From Escherichia coli (GTDB lineage: Bacteria; Pseudomonadota; Gammaproteobacteria; Enterobacterales; Enterobacteriaceae), in NCBI RefSeq assembly GCF_050920415.1, contig NZ_CP169309.1: a DNA stretch of 64,000 nucleotides; one strand, given 5' to 3'. Both the position numbers and the translations under genes were made by a program. Positions 35,662-50,147 of the stretch are shown here, one piece after another (the first letter of the stretch is position 1; each line of letters opens with the position of its first letter). The notes under the pieces are model-generated. The model did not search any database. It worked only from the letters and a program-made list of their open reading frames with translations, and was not told where the DNA came from.

Positions 35662-36612
35662 TCAGCCTGCGATAGCACCAACAACCTGTAATACTTCGTC
35701 ACGCGCCTGTTCTGGTTTTTCACTGTCAAGCCAGTGAACCCCTTCCCAACCACGCAGCCAGGTTATCTGCCGCTTCGCCAACTGTCTCGTGGCGCAAACA
35801 CCTCGATAAACCATTTCATCGTATGAGATTTCGCCTTCAAGGTAAGACCACATCTGGCGATAACCCACACAACGAATGGAAGGCAAGTCCGTATGCAAAT
35901 CTCCTCGGGCAAAAAGCGCCCGGACTTCTGCTTCAAAACCTGAAGCCAACATCTGATGAAAACGCTGCTCAATTCGTTGATGGAGCAGTTCACGGCTCGC
36001 CGGGGCGATGGCGAACTGATGCACCTGATACGGTAGAGCGTCTCCTGACGTTTGCGTCAGTTCCGTTAAAGTTTTACCCGAAATGAAAAAAACTTCCAGT
36101 GCCCGGGAAAGCCTTTGTGGATCATTTGGATGAATCCTTGCTGCCGCAACCGGATCTACCTCCTGAAGTTGACGATGCAATGACTCCCAACCTTGCTCTG
36201 CCGCCTGTTGCTCAATTCTGGCCCGTACTTCGGGGTCTGCCGACGGTAGCGGCGACAACCCTTCCAGCAATGCCTTGAAATACAACATCGTACCGCCCAC
36301 TAATAGTGGGATCCGCCCCGCCGCGGTGATATCGGCCATTTCCGCCAGCGCATCGCGGCGAAAATCAGCGGCCGAATAAGCCTGCGACGGATCGCGAATA
36401 TCCAGCAATCGGTGCGGCGCGGCGAGTAACTCTTCAGCGTTCGGCTTCGCCGTCCCGATATCCATCCCTTTGTAAATAAGGGCAGAATCAACGCTTATCA
36501 ACTCTACTGGTAAAATTTTACGCAGCTCAATGGCTAACGCCGTTTTACCGGAGGCCGTCGGCCCCATCAAAAAAATCGCCTTAGGCAGGCTCGCCTTACT
36601 GATATCACTCAT
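35662..36612 (-). CDS. miaA: tRNA dimethylallyltransferase MiaA
   Basis: 316-aa translation with P-loop GPTASGKT; the 3' part of the gene is known to carry hfq promoters, not individually resolved here. Confidence 0.96.
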
Positions 36613-38452
36613 CTTTCAGGGCTTTTATCGCCGGATGTAAATCAACAGATTGTAACAGCCCACCCGGCGGCGTTTTCACAAGTTGCGGACATAACCGTTC
36701 CACGTCCGCCAGCAGGGTGATGGCCTGTGCCATTGACCACTGCGCATGTTCGCTCATCAGATTTCGTGCAATCCACTGCGCAATATTGCCAGGTTCGAAT
36801 ACGGACTGCTTCGCCAGGTAGCCTATCAGTTCAGGAATCAAGATTTGTAAATTTTGTTGGCGTAAGGGTAAAGGCACGGCCCTGATGGTCACATACTGTG
36901 CATCGGACTGGAAATCAATACCCAATTCCGCCAGGGCAGACTGCGCTTTTTCTAATGCCGATTTTTCTTCGCCAGAAACTTTTAGCCGCAACGGAATAAG
37001 CAACGGCTGGGCGCAAACTGGCGTTTCACCCGGCGTCAACTGCGCCTGACGCAGCCAACGTTCTGCCACTGGCAGGGCTAAAAGTGAAATGTTGCCGTCG
37101 CGCTCCAGCAACGCACAGTCGGAATGGACGATAGTCAGTACCCGACCAAAACTCTGACTGTTCGCCGCAAGCGCTGGCTCCTGCGGTTCAGGTGCTTTTG
37201 GTTTTTGCATCGGCGCAGGCGTTTGCAAAAGCTGGCGATACACTTCACCTTGCTGTTTCTGGTAGCCTGGCTGCGCATTTGGCCAGGGGGCAGCCGGACG
37301 ACTGCCTGAGGCGGGCGCAGGAGTGTAGCGCGGAGCTACTGGCTCACGAACTGCCGGTTCAGCAAAATGATTGCGCCCCGCCGCCACGCGGTTTTCCGGG
37401 ATGGCGCGCGGTGCGGGTTGTGGTTCATCGTCCAGCGGTAGCGGCGTTTCCAGTTGCTGTTGTAGCACGCTCAGCACGCCCTGATAGATAAAGTCATGCA
37501 CCAGACGCGACTGATGGAAACGCACTTCGTGTTTGGCAGGGTGCACGTTGACGTCCACCTGATGTGGGTCGATCTCCAGATACAGCACAAATGCCGGTTG
37601 CTGATCGGCCCCCAGTTTGTCTTCACAGGCCTGGCGGATCGCGTGATTGATCAGGCGATCGCGCATCATGCGACCATTCACGTAGCAATACTGAATTTCT
37701 GCCAGTGTGGGCGTGGTGTGGTTTGGATCTGCCACCCAACCGCGCAGCGTGAGATCGCCGTGCTGCCATTCAATCGCCAGCGCATGTTCGAGAAAAGCGG
37801 TGCCGCAAATCGCGCCTAAACGCCGTTCTTTTTGCCCGCCTTCCGGCACTGCGCGGTACTGGCGAACTATTTTGCCGTTATGCGACAGATTGATAGTGAC
37901 GTCGAAACGCGCCAGCGCAATGCGGCGGATGATTTCATCAATATGGTTAAATTCGGTTTTCTCGGTACGCAGGAATTTGCGCCGCGCCGGGGTATTGTAG
38001 AACAGATCCAGCACTTCCAGCGTCGTTCCCACCGGATGCGCCGCCGGTTTAACCGTCACGTCCATATCGCGCCCTTCGGCATACGCTTGCCATGCCTCCT
38101 GCTGCTCTGCGGTGCGCGAAGTGAGCGTCAGACGGGAAACTGAACTGATACTCGCCAGCGCCTCACCGCGGAACCCCAGGCTGATAATAGCTTCGAGATC
38201 GTCCAGAGAGGCGATCTTACTGGTAGCATGACGCGCCAGCGCCAGCGCCAGTTCATCTTTTTTGATACCGCAGCCGTTATCACGAATGCGGATAAGTTTC
38301 GCCCCACCGCGTTCGATATCAATATCAATACGCGTCGCACCCGCATCGAGGCTGTTTTCCACCAGTTCTTTGACTACCGACGCAGGTCGCTCGACCACCT
38401 CACCTGCGGCAATCTGGTTCGCCAGTTGTGGCGGTAAGACCTGAATTGGCAT
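36605..38452 (-). CDS. mutL: DNA mismatch repair protein MutL
   Basis: 615-aa product starting [39 protein letters not shown]... at the ATG at 38452; 3' end overlaps miaA by 8 nt. Confidence 0.96.
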
Positions 38453-38461
38453 CAATCATCC

Positions 38462-39799
38462 TTAGTTTGGCAGCGTGCGATCTGGCGTCGTCACCGTGCT
38501 GGCCGTTTGTGCCGTTGCCCCCTGCGGCGCAGATTGCATCGGATGCGCAAGGAAATAATTGCGCAGGCCTTTGTAAATGGCTTCTGCCAGCTGTTGTTGG
38601 TAATCGTCGCTCGCCAGCAAACGTTCTTCGCTGTTGTTGCTGATAAAACCGGTTTCGACCAGTACTGATGGGATATCCGGCGAACGCAGAACGCCAAGGC
38701 TGGCATGTTCTGGTCGACGTTTATGAATTTCGCCGATGCGTTGCAACTGACTGATCATACTGGTCGCCACATCATACCCTACCCGCTGGGAATGACCGAA
38801 CTGTAAATCCAGCACCGCCTGGCTTAAATAGGGGTCAGACTGACTGTTCGCCAGCACATCGCCCGCTCCGCCCAGCAGCTCCGACTGTTTCTCATGCTGC
38901 TCCAGCCAGCTGGCCATTTCGCTGTTGGCGCGACGGTTAGAGAGCACCCATACGGAAGCGCCAGTCGCACTGCGGTTCGGTGCGGCATCAGCGTGAATCG
39001 AGACGAGGAAATTGGCGTTTTGCTTACGTGCCACATCGCTGCGCCCCATTACCGAGATAAAGTAATCCCCGTCACGGGTTAAAACGCCCTTAAACATCGG
39101 ATCATCATTGAGTAAAGTACGCAATTTACGTGCGATGGCGATGGTGACATTTTTCTCCCGCGTACCACCAGGGCCGATAGCGCCAGGATCCTGACCGCCG
39201 TGTCCGGCATCAATAGCGATGATAATTTTATCGCCTGTGTTAGCCGTCGCGCGCGCTGCCGGACGCGTTACCGTATTACTGCTGATAACACCCGTAGTGC
39301 GGTTACTTTCCGTTTTAAACGGATTGCGCGCCGGTTCGCTGACGCGCGGTGCGACAACCGCAGGCGTTTCAACGCGCTTCGCAACCACTGGCGGCGGTGG
39401 AGGCGGTGGCGGCGCATCAGCGTTAATCGTAAAGACGACAGTGTAATTGCTACCATTCTGCCGCTTCACCGCTTCGGTTTTACCGTTTTCGGTGAGATCG
39501 ACCACCAGCCGTAGCGTTTGTGCATCTTTAGGCGTTCCAGAGCGAATCGCCTTCACCAGATTATTACCGCTGAACAACAACGGTAGCCCCTGAATCACGC
39601 CCGTTTGTTTGATATCGAGCGCCACGGTGCGTTTGTTTTGATGGCTAAACGCGTAATCAGGATCGCCAGTAAAACTCAATGTTATTCGCGCCTGTTGATT
39701 ACCGTTAGAAACCTGAATATCAGAGAGCGTAGCGGCGCCAGCCTGCGCGCACAGCAGCAGCAACGTCGCTACCAACCAATTTCTGATGCGATACATCAT
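38462..39799 (-). CDS. amiB: N-acetylmuramoyl-L-alanine amidase AmiB
   Basis: 445-aa product starting [29 protein letters not shown]... (signal peptide), with an eight-proline run at residues 130-137 (nt 39389-39412). Confidence 0.95.
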   Translation of the reverse strand: MMYRIRNWLVATLLLLCAQAGAATLSDIQVSNGNQQARITLSFTGDPDYAFSHQNKRTVALDIKQTGVIQGLPLLFSGNNLVKAIRSGTPKDAQTLRLVVDLTENGKTEAVKRQNGSNYTVVFTINADAPPPPPPPPVVAKRVETPAVVAPRVSEPARNPFKTESNRTTGVISSNTVTRPAARATANTGDKIIIAIDAGHGGQDPGAIGPGGTREKNVTIAIARKLRTLLNDDPMFKGVLTRDGDYFISVMGRSDVARKQNANFLVSIHADAAPNRSATGASVWVLSNRRANSEMASWLEQHEKQSELLGGAGDVLANSQSDPYLSQAVLDLQFGHSQRVGYDVATSMISQLQRIGEIHKRRPEHASLGVLRSPDIPSVLVETGFISNNSEERLLASDDYQQQLAEAIYKGLRNYFLAHPMQSAPQGATAQTASTVTTPDRTLPN

Positions 39800-39817
39800 C
39801 CCGCCACCTTTCAAAGG

Positions 39818-41796
<1,979 letters not shown>

Positions 41797-41798
<2 letters not shown>

Positions 41799-42936
41799 GT
41801 CAGAGCCCCTCGATCTCAATCAGTTAGCGCAAAAAATTAAACAGTGGGGGCTGGAACTGGGCTTTCAGCAGGTAGGTATTACCGATACCGATCTCAGCGC
41901 GTCCGAGCCCAAACTGCAAGCATGGCTGGACAAACAATACCACGGCGAAATGGACTGGATGGCGCGTCACGGTATGCTGCGCGCTCGCCCCCATGAGTTA
42001 TTGCCTGGTACGCTGCGCGTCATCAGCGTGCGGATGAATTACCTTCCTGCTAACGCCGCATTTGCCAGCACGCTGAAAAACCCCAAACTCGGCTATGTAA
42101 GTCGTTATGCGTTGGGCCGTGACTATCACAAACTTCTGCGCAACCGACTCAAAAAGCTGGGCGAGATGATTCAGCAACATTGTGTTTCGCTGAATTTTAG
42201 ACCGTTTGTCGATTCTGCGCCTATTCTCGAGCGCCCGTTAGCTGAAAAAGCAGGTCTTGGCTGGACAGGTAAGCACTCACTTATCCTCAATCGCGAGGCC
42301 GGTTCGTTCTTCTTTTTAGGTGAATTACTGGTCGATATTCCGCTGCCCGTGGATCAACCGGTCGAGGAAGGATGCGGTAAATGCGTGGCCTGTATGACGA
42401 TTTGCCCGACCGGCGCCATCGTCGAGCCATATACCGTCGATGCTCGCCGCTGTATCTCTTATCTCACCATTGAACTGGAAGGGGCGATCCCGGAAGAGCT
42501 GCGTCCATTGATGGGAAACCGTATTTACGGTTGCGATGACTGCCAGCTTATCTGCCCGTGGAATCGCTATTCGCAACTCACTAAAGAAGACGATTTCAGC
42601 CCGCGCAAACCACTACACGCACCGGAACTCATTGAGTTATTCGCCTGGAGTGAAGAGAAGTTTTTAAAAGTCACGGAAGGTTCGGCGATTCGCCGTATAG
42701 GTCACCTGCGTTGGCTGCGTAATATCGCCGTGGCATTAGGCAATGCCCCCTGGGATAAAACGATTTTGACAGCGCTGGAAAGTCGTAAAGGTGAGCACCC
42801 ACTTCTTGATGAGCACATAGCGTGGGCGATTGCGCAGCAAATCGAGAGGCGAAATGCGTGCGTCGTAGAGGTACAACTACCGAAAAAACAGCGTCTGGTT
42901 CGGGTGATTGAAAAAGGGTTACCGCGTGACGCCTGA
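41797..42936 (+). CDS. queG: epoxyqueuosine reductase QueG
   Basis: 379-aa product starting MSEPLDLNQLAQKIKQWGLELGF... with 4Fe-4S Cys motifs (CGKCVACMTICP, CDDCQLICPWN); ATG at 41797 is divergent from nnr and overlaps its start codon. Confidence 0.93.
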
Positions 42937-43205
42937 TTCATCCACAGCTTGTGAATAAAAATAAAAACGCATTGCAATTCAAGGCGAATAAAATCGTCAA
43001 GTGATCGACTCGACAAAACGAGATCTTAATTTTCAACCTATATATCAATAAGTTAAAAAAATACTATTCACCGTGCGAAGTTTCTTTGAAATTAAGATTA
43101 CGACATGAGGCTGTGGATAACTCTGTTTACAAGAGTTTGTCAGAGACAACAAAAACCAGCAATAACGCATCGCGTCGCTGTGGATATTTTATTGAGAGAA
43201 GAATT

Positions 43206-43281
<76 letters not shown>

Positions 43282-43316
43282 TTGGGTGGTCTGTGCTTTG
43301 CAGCACTTTCAAATTT

Positions 43317-43392
<76 letters not shown>

Positions 43393-43449
43393 GTACTGCT
43401 TAATTTTGCTTTCGTAATTTTCGCATTTCTGCGTCGTTACGGGAGGCGC

Positions 43450-43477
43450 ATTATACGAGAAATCTTTCCCTCTGCAA
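43450..43477 (-). promoter_or_regulatory. candidate sigma70 promoter of the tRNA-Gly operon
   Basis: On the minus strand, TTGCAG (43472-43477), a 16-nt spacer, then a perfect TATAAT (43450-43455) followed by a GC-rich discriminator (GCGCCTCCC); an A/T tract lies upstream. Confidence 0.55.
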
Positions 43478-43602
43478 CCCCCCTAAAAAAATTTTTTTGA
43501 GTTTTTATCTCAAGTGCTGAAATTATCAGCAAGACGTTCAATTTAGCGTCAAAATCACGCCGCCGCAAGTGGATTCCGGCGCTTACGTGACCAGGAAAAA
43601 TT

Positions 43603-44148
43603 TTACAGCTTGATAAAATGCTCGCGGTAGTAAGCCAGTTCTGCCACCGACTCACGGATATCATCCATCGCCTGATGCGTCCCCTGCTTGGTAAAGCCGT
43701 CAAGAATTTCCGGCTTCCAGCGGCGCGCCAGCTCTTTCAGTGTGCTGACATCCAGATAACGGTAGTGGAAGTAGGCTTCCAGCTCCGGCATGTATTTAAA
43801 CAGGAAGCGACGATCCTGGCCGATGCTGTTACCGCAAATCGGCGATTTTCCCGCAGGCACCCACTGTTTTAAGAATTCGAGCGTTGCCAGTTCAGCTTCA
43901 CGATCGCCCATTGTGCTCGCTTTCACGCGCTCCACCAGCCCGCTGGCGGTATGGGTGCGCACGTTCCAGTCATCCATCAGCGCCAGCTGTTCATCAGACT
44001 GGTGTACTGCAATGGTCGGCCCTTCTGCCAGAATATTCAGGTTGGCATCGGTCACCAGCGTGGCAATCTCAATAATGCGATCGCGCTCGGGATCCAGACC
44101 GGTCATCTCAAGATCGATCCAAATCAGGTTGTTTTCATTGGCACTCAT
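43603..44148 (-). CDS. orn: oligoribonuclease
   Basis: 181-aa product starting [29 protein letters not shown]... at the ATG at 44148; the ORF-track extension is rejected. Confidence 0.95.
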
Positions 44149-44242
44149 GCTATTTTCCACCCATTCACAGTGACTATATTGATCCACAATTGCGTGTATC
44201 ATAGATGTTTTGCCCATCAGGGGCGACCAGGAGTCAGTACGA

Positions 44243-45295
44243 TTGAGTAAAAATAAACTCTCCAAAGGCCAGCAGCGCCGCGTGAACGCCAATCACCAGC
44301 GTCGTCTTAAAACGTCTAAGGAGAAGCCCGACTACGACGACAATCTGTTTGGCGAGCCTGATGAAGGTATCGTCATCAGCCGCTTTGGTATGCACGCTGA
44401 TGTGGAATCCGCCGATGGCGACGTTCACCGCTGCAATATTCGCCGTACCATCCGTTCGCTGGTGACCGGCGATCGCGTAGTCTGGCGTCCGGGTAAACCG
44501 GCGGCAGAAGGCGTAAATGTCAAAGGGATCGTGGAAGCGGTGCATGAGCGCACCTCAGTGTTGACGCGCCCGGATTTCTACGACGGTGTGAAACCCATTG
44601 CTGCCAACATCGACCAGATTGTCATTGTCTCCGCGATTTTGCCGGAGCTGTCGCTCAATATTATCGACCGTTACCTGGTGGCCTGCGAAACCTTGCAGAT
44701 TGAGCCGATTATTGTGCTCAACAAGATAGACCTGCTGGACGACGAAGGCATGGAATTCGTCAACGAGCAGATGGATATCTACCGCAATATCGGTTATCGC
44801 GTATTGATGGTTTCCAGCCATACTCAGGATGGACTGAAACCGCTGGAAGAGGCGTTGACCGGGCGCATCAGTATTTTTGCCGGGCAGTCTGGCGTCGGCA
44901 AATCCAGCCTGCTGAACGCGTTGCTGGGGCTGCAAAAAGAGATCCTGACCAACGACGTCTCGGATAACTCGGGGCTTGGTCAGCACACCACGACTGCCGC
45001 GCGGCTGTATCACTTCCCGCACGGCGGTGATGTGATTGATTCCCCAGGTGTGCGTGAGTTTGGTCTCTGGCATCTGGAACCGGAACAAATTACTCGGGGT
45101 TTTGTCGAATTCCATGACTACTTAGGTCTGTGTAAATATCGCGATTGCAAACACGATACCGATCCGGGCTGCGCTATCCGGGAAGCAGTTGAGGAAGGGA
45201 AAATCGCGGAAACCCGTTTCGAAAACTATCACCGTATTCTGGAAAGCATGGCGCAGGTAAAAACGCGTAAAAACTTTTCTGATACGGATGACTGA
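44243..45295 (+). CDS. rsgA: small-subunit ribosome biogenesis GTPase RsgA
   Basis: 350-aa product (TTG start) [23 protein letters not shown]... with CCAGGAG RBS upstream of the TTG at 44243; Walker [10 protein letters not shown]. Confidence 0.92.
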
Positions 45296-45338
45296 CAATT
45301 AAGCTAACCGTCGTTAGAATCGTCCCCTTTTTTTCAGG

Positions 45339-45358
45339 ATCCGGCATGTAGGCCGGAT
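45339..45358. repeat. REP-like palindrome between rsgA and psd
   Basis: ATCCGGCATGTAGGCCGGAT, a near-perfect palindrome with the CCGGATC-type ends of REP units. Confidence 0.45.
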
Positions 45359-45391
45359 CAGGAACGACAAAACAATGGCCTGGAGGCTACC

Positions 45392-46360
45392 TTGTTAAAT
45401 TCATTTAAACTTTCGCTACAGTACATTCTGCCGAAATTATGGCTTACTCGCCTGGCGGGTTGGGGCGCAAGCAAGCGGGCAGGATGGCTGACAAAACTGG
45501 TTATCGATCTGTTCGTTAAATACTACAAGGTCGACATGAAAGAGGCGCAAAAGCCGGACACCGCCAGCTACCGCACCTTTAACGAATTCTTTGTCCGTCC
45601 GCTGCGTGACGAAGTACGCCCAATCGATACCGATCCTAATGTACTGGTCATGCCTGCCGATGGCGTTATCAGCCAGTTAGGTAAAATCGAAGAAGATAAA
45701 ATCCTGCAAGCTAAAGGCCACAACTACAGCCTCGAAGCTCTGCTGGCAGGGAACTATCTGATGGCGGATCTTTTCCGTAACGGTACGTTTGTGACCACTT
45801 ACCTCTCTCCGCGTGACTACCACCGCGTGCACATGCCGTGCAACGGTATTCTGCGTGAGATGATCTATGTGCCGGGCGATCTCTTCTCCGTTAACCATCT
45901 CACCGCTCAGAACGTGCCGAATCTGTTTGCCCGTAACGAACGCGTGATCTGCCTGTTCGATACCGAATTTGGCACGATGGCGCAGATTCTGGTCGGGGCG
46001 ACGATTGTTGGCAGCATTGAAACTGTCTGGGCGGGCACCATTACGCCGCCGCGCGAAGGCATCATCAAGCGCTGGACCTGGCCTGCCGGAGAAAACGACG
46101 GTTCAGTGGCGCTGCTGAAAGGCCAGGAAATGGGTCGCTTTAAACTCGGCTCTACCGTTATCAACCTGTTTGCACCGGGTAAAGTTAATCTGGTTGAGCA
46201 ACTGGAAAGCCTGTCTGTCACGAAAATTGGTCAGCCGCTGGCAGTATCTACCGAAACCTTTGTTGCGCCAGACGCAGAACCTGCCCCGCTTCCTGCCGAA
46301 GAGATCGAGGCAGAACACGACGCCAGCCCATTGGTTGACGACAAAAAAGACCAGGTCTAA
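45392..46360 (+). CDS. psd: phosphatidylserine decarboxylase proenzyme
   Basis: 322-aa product [32 protein letters not shown]...; apparent TTG start at 45392 with TGGAGG RBS. Confidence 0.94.
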   Translation: MLNSFKLSLQYILPKLWLTRLAGWGASKRAGWLTKLVIDLFVKYYKVDMKEAQKPDTASYRTFNEFFVRPLRDEVRPIDTDPNVLVMPADGVISQLGKIEEDKILQAKGHNYSLEALLAGNYLMADLFRNGTFVTTYLSPRDYHRVHMPCNGILREMIYVPGDLFSVNHLTAQNVPNLFARNERVICLFDTEFGTMAQILVGATIVGSIETVWAGTITPPREGIIKRWTWPAGENDGSVALLKGQEMGRFKLGSTVINLFAPGKVNLVEQLESLSVTKIGQPLAVSTETFVAPDAEPAPLPAEEIEAEHDASPLVDDKKDQV

Positions 46361-46381
46361 TCCATCAAAGGAAACGCTGAC

Positions 46382-49300
46382 GTGCGCCTGATTATCACTT
46401 TTCTGATGGCCTGGTGCCTCAGTTGGGGGGCGTACGCCGCGACGGCCCCCGATAGTAAACAAATCACCCAGGAACTGGAGCAGGCAAAAGCGGCGAAACC
46501 CGCGCAGCCGGAAGTCGTAGAGGCACTCCAGTCCGCCTTAAATGCGCTTGAGGAACGAAAAGGTTCCCTTGAGCGCATCAAGCAATATCAAGAAGTCATT
46601 GATAATTACCCGAAACTTTCCGCTACTCTGCGCGCGCAATTAAACAACATGCGTGACGAGCCGCGCAGCGTATCGCCGGGAATGTCTACCGACGCGCTGA
46701 ATCAGGAAATTCTCCAGGTCAGCAGCCAGTTGCTGGATAAGAGCCGTCAGGCCCAGCAGGAACAGGAACGTGCCCGCGAGATTGCCGATTCGCTGAATCA
46801 ATTACCGCAACAGCAAACCGACGCTCGCCGTCAGTTGAATGAAATCGAGCGGCGGCTGGGAACACTTACCGGCAATACCCCGCTTAATCAGGCACAAAAT
46901 TTCGCGTTGCAATCTGACTCTGCACGACTGAAGGCGCTCGTTGATGAACTGGAATTGGCGCAGCTGTCTGCCAATAACCGCCAGGAATTAGCGCGTTTAC
47001 GCTCAGAGCTGGCGGAAAAAGAGAGCCAGCAGCTGGATGCATATTTGCAGGCCTTGCGTAATCAGTTGAACAGCCAACGTCAGCTTGAGGCGGAGCGGGC
47101 GCTGGAAAGCACCGAACTTCTGGCGGAAAACAGTGCCGATTTGCCGAAAGATATCGTCGCGCAATTCAAAATTAACCGCGAGCTGTCGGCGGCGTTGAAT
47201 CAACAGGCGCAGCGGATGGATCTCGTTGCCTCGCAACAGCGTCAGGCTGCCAGCCAGACGTTACAGGTCCGGCAGGCGTTGAATACGCTGCGTGAACAAT
47301 CACAATGGCTGGGATCGTCCAACCTACTCGGTGAAGCGTTGCGGGCGCAGGTGGCACGGCTGCCGGAAATGCCAAAACCACAACAGCTTGATACCGAAAT
47401 GGCGCAGTTGCGTGTGCAACGGTTACGTTATGAGGATCTGCTCAATAAACAGCCGCTGCTACGGCAAATCCATCAGGCAGACGGTCAGCCGCTGACCGCC
47501 GAGCAAAACCGTATTCTGGAAGCACAGCTACGCACTCAGCGTGAGTTGCTGAACTCATTGTTGCAGGGTGGTGACACGTTACTGCTGGAGCTGACCAAGT
47601 TGAAAGTCTCCAACGGGCAACTGGAAGATGCGCTGAAAGAAGTGAATGAAGCGACGCACCGCTACCTGTTCTGGACTTCTGACGTGCGCCCGATGACCAT
47701 CGCCTGGCCGCTGGAGATCGCTCAGGATCTGCGTCGTCTCATTTCGCTGGACACCTTCAGTCAGTTGGGCAAAGCCAGCGTAATGATGCTGACCAGCAAA
47801 GAGACGATTTTGCCGCTGTTTGGCGCGTTGATTCTGGTCGGTTGCAGTATTTACTCACGCCGCTATTTCACCCGTTTTCTTGAACGTTCGGCGGCGAAAG
47901 TCGGCAAAGTGACTCAGGATCACTTCTGGCTGACGTTGCGCACCCTTTTCTGGTCGATTCTCGTCGCATCACCGCTACCGGTGCTGTGGATGACGCTGGG
48001 TTACGGCTTGCGCGAGGCGTGGCCTTATCCGCTGGCGGTCGCAATTGGTGATGGCGTAACGGCCACCGTACCGCTGCTGTGGGTAGTGATGATTTGCGCC
48101 ACCTTTGCCCGTCCGAACGGCTTGTTTATCGCTCATTTCGGCTGGCCACGCGAACGGGTTTCCCGGGGGATGCGTTACTACCTGATGAGCATCGGGCTTA
48201 TTGTGCCGCTGATTATGGCGCTGATGATGTTCGATAACCTCGACGACCGTGAATTCTCCGGTTCGCTGGGACGGCTTTGTTTTATCCTCATTTGCGGTGC
48301 GCTGGCGGTGGTCACCCTCAGCCTGAAAAAGGCCGGCATTCCGTTGTATCTCAACAAAGAAGGCAGCGGCGACAACATTACCAACCATATGCTGTGGAAC
48401 ATGATGATTGGCGCGCCGTTGGTTGCCATTCTGGCGTCGGCGGTGGGTTATCTGGCAACGGCGCAGGCGCTGTTAGCGAGGCTTGAAACCTCGGTTGCCA
48501 TCTGGTTCCTGCTACTGGTGGTTTATCACGTTATCCGCCGCTGGATGCTGATCCAACGCCGCAGGCTGGCGTTTGACCGGGCGAAGCATCGCCGGGCAGA
48601 GATGTTAGCGCAGCGTGCGCGTGGCGAAGAGGAAGCGCATCATCACAGTAGCCCGGAAGGGGCAATTGAAGTCGATGAAAGTGAAGTCGATCTCGATGCC
48701 ATCAGTGCACAATCCTTGCGGCTGGTGCGCTCAATCCTGATGTTGATCGCCCTACTTTCAGTCATTGTGCTGTGGTCAGAAATCCATTCCGCTTTCGGCT
48801 TCCTCGAAAATATTTCGCTGTGGGATGTCACTTCCACGGTACAGGGCGTGGAAAGCCTGGAGCCGATTACCCTCGGTGCGGTGCTAATTGCCATTCTGGT
48901 GTTTATCATCACCACGCAGCTGGTGCGCAACCTGCCCGCGCTGCTGGAACTGGCGATTTTGCAGCACCTCGATTTAACGCCGGGTACCGGCTACGCCATC
49001 ACCACCATCACCAAATATCTATTGATGCTGATTGGCGGGCTGGTAGGTTTCTCGATGATTGGTATTGAGTGGTCGAAATTACAGTGGCTGGTCGCCGCGC
49101 TCGGTGTTGGTCTGGGCTTTGGTTTGCAGGAAATTTTCGCCAACTTTATCTCTGGCCTGATCATCCTGTTCGAAAAACCGATTCGCATTGGCGATACGGT
49201 GACGATCCGCGATCTCACCGGTAGTGTGACGAAAATTAACACCCGCGCCACCACCATCAGCGACTGGGACCGCAAAGAAATTATCGTGCCGAACAAGGCG

Positions 49301-49705
49301 TTTATTACCGAGCAGTTTATCAACTGGTCGCTCTCTGACTCGGTCACGCGCGTGGTGTTGACGATTCCGGCCCCTGCCGATGCCAACAGTGAAGAAGTGA
49401 CGGAAATCCTGCTCACCGCAGCGCGTCGCTGCTCGCTGGTGATCGACAACCCGGCGCCGGAAGTCTTCCTGGTGGATCTGCAGCAGGGGATTCAGATTTT
49501 CGAGCTGCGTATTTACGCCGCTGAGATGGGTCACCGTATGCCGCTACGCCATGAGATCCACCAGCTGATTCTGGCTGGCTTCCACGCCCACGGTATCGAT
49601 ATGCCATTCCCGCCCTTCCAGATGCGTCTGGAAAGCCTCAACGGTAAACAAACGGGGAGAACATTAACTTCTGCGGGCAAAGGTCGTCAGGCAGGAAGTT
49701 TGTAA
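46382..49705 (+). CDS. mscM: miniconductance mechanosensitive channel MscM (YjeP)
   Basis: 1107-aa product with signal peptide, long Gln-rich coiled-coil periplasmic region, multi-TM domain and MscS-like C-terminal domain; GTG start at 46382 with AAGGA RBS. Confidence 0.94.
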   Translation: MRLIITFLMAWCLSWGAYAATAPDSKQITQELEQAKAAKPAQPEVVEALQSALNALEERKGSLERIKQYQEVIDNYPKLSATLRAQLNNMRDEPRSVSPGMSTDALNQEILQVSSQLLDKSRQAQQEQERAREIADSLNQLPQQQTDARRQLNEIERRLGTLTGNTPLNQAQNFALQSDSARLKALVDELELAQLSANNRQELARLRSELAEKESQQLDAYLQALRNQLNSQRQLEAERALESTELLAENSADLPKDIVAQFKINRELSAALNQQAQRMDLVASQQRQAASQTLQVRQALNTLREQSQWLGSSNLLGEALRAQVARLPEMPKPQQLDTEMAQLRVQRLRYEDLLNKQPLLRQIHQADGQPLTAEQNRILEAQLRTQRELLNSLLQGGDTLLLELTKLKVSNGQLEDALKEVNEATHRYLFWTSDVRPMTIAWPLEIAQDLRRLISLDTFSQLGKASVMMLTSKETILPLFGALILVGCSIYSRRYFTRFLERSAAKVGKVTQDHFWLTLRTLFWSILVASPLPVLWMTLGYGLREAWPYPLAVAIGDGVTATVPLLWVVMICATFARPNGLFIAHFGWPRERVSRGMRYYLMSIGLIVPLIMALMMFDNLDDREFSGSLGRLCFILICGALAVVTLSLKKAGIPLYLNKEGSGDNITNHMLWNMMIGAPLVAILASAVGYLATAQALLARLETSVAIWFLLLVVYHVIRRWMLIQRRRLAFDRAKHRRAEMLAQRARGEEEAHHHSSPEGAIEVDESEVDLDAISAQSLRLVRSILMLIALLSVIVLWSEIHSAFGFLENISLWDVTSTVQGVESLEPITLGAVLIAILVFIITTQLVRNLPALLELAILQHLDLTPGTGYAITTITKYLLMLIGGLVGFSMIGIEWSKLQWLVAALGVGLGFGLQEIFANFISGLIILFEKPIRIGDTVTIRDLTGSVTKINTRATTISDWDRKEIIVPNKAFITEQFINWSLSDSVTRVVLTIPAPADANSEEVTEILLTAARRCSLVIDNPAPEVFLVDLQQGIQIFELRIYAAEMGHRMPLRHEIHQLILAGFHAHGIDMPFPPFQMRLESLNGKQTGRTLTSAGKGRQAGSL

Positions 49706-49735
49706 GGTCTTTGTGGCCGGATGAACCCATCCGGC

Positions 49736-50050
49736 TCACAAGCAAAACTGATAGCGCAGAAAAAACTGCCACAACCAGTAGCCGAAAATAGCCAGGGCGG
49801 TGGCGTACATAAACCAGCCGCGTTTTTTTCGCCACAAAGCGAACCAGAGAAAAGGGAAAAAGAGCGGTAACGTCATTATCACACCGACATCGCGAGTATC
49901 GTCATCTTCGAGATACATCAAAACATCACAGACGTTGTTAATCCCGCGTCCATCAATCATCCACTCTTTGTCCAGCGCGGAGGTAATGGTTATCCAGAGG
50001 AACGCCACAATGAACCAGATGCAGCACAAGACAAACATGCGCGCACTCAT
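49736..50050 (-). CDS. yjeO: inner-membrane protein YjeO
   Basis: 104-aa hydrophobic ORF MSARMFVLCCIWFIVAFLWITITSALDKEWMIDGRG... Confidence 0.88.
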   Translation of the reverse strand: MSARMFVLCCIWFIVAFLWITITSALDKEWMIDGRGINNVCDVLMYLEDDDTRDVGVIMTLPLFFPFLWFALWRKKRGWFMYATALAIFGYWLWQFFLRYQFCL

Positions 50051-50147
50051 GAGATAATCGGTCGCTTAATTTCGCTATAGCGCATACGAAATCCCGCTAA
50101 TTCCCTGTCATTGCGCCCTATCGTCAGGCAGACGATAGGGCATCGGG

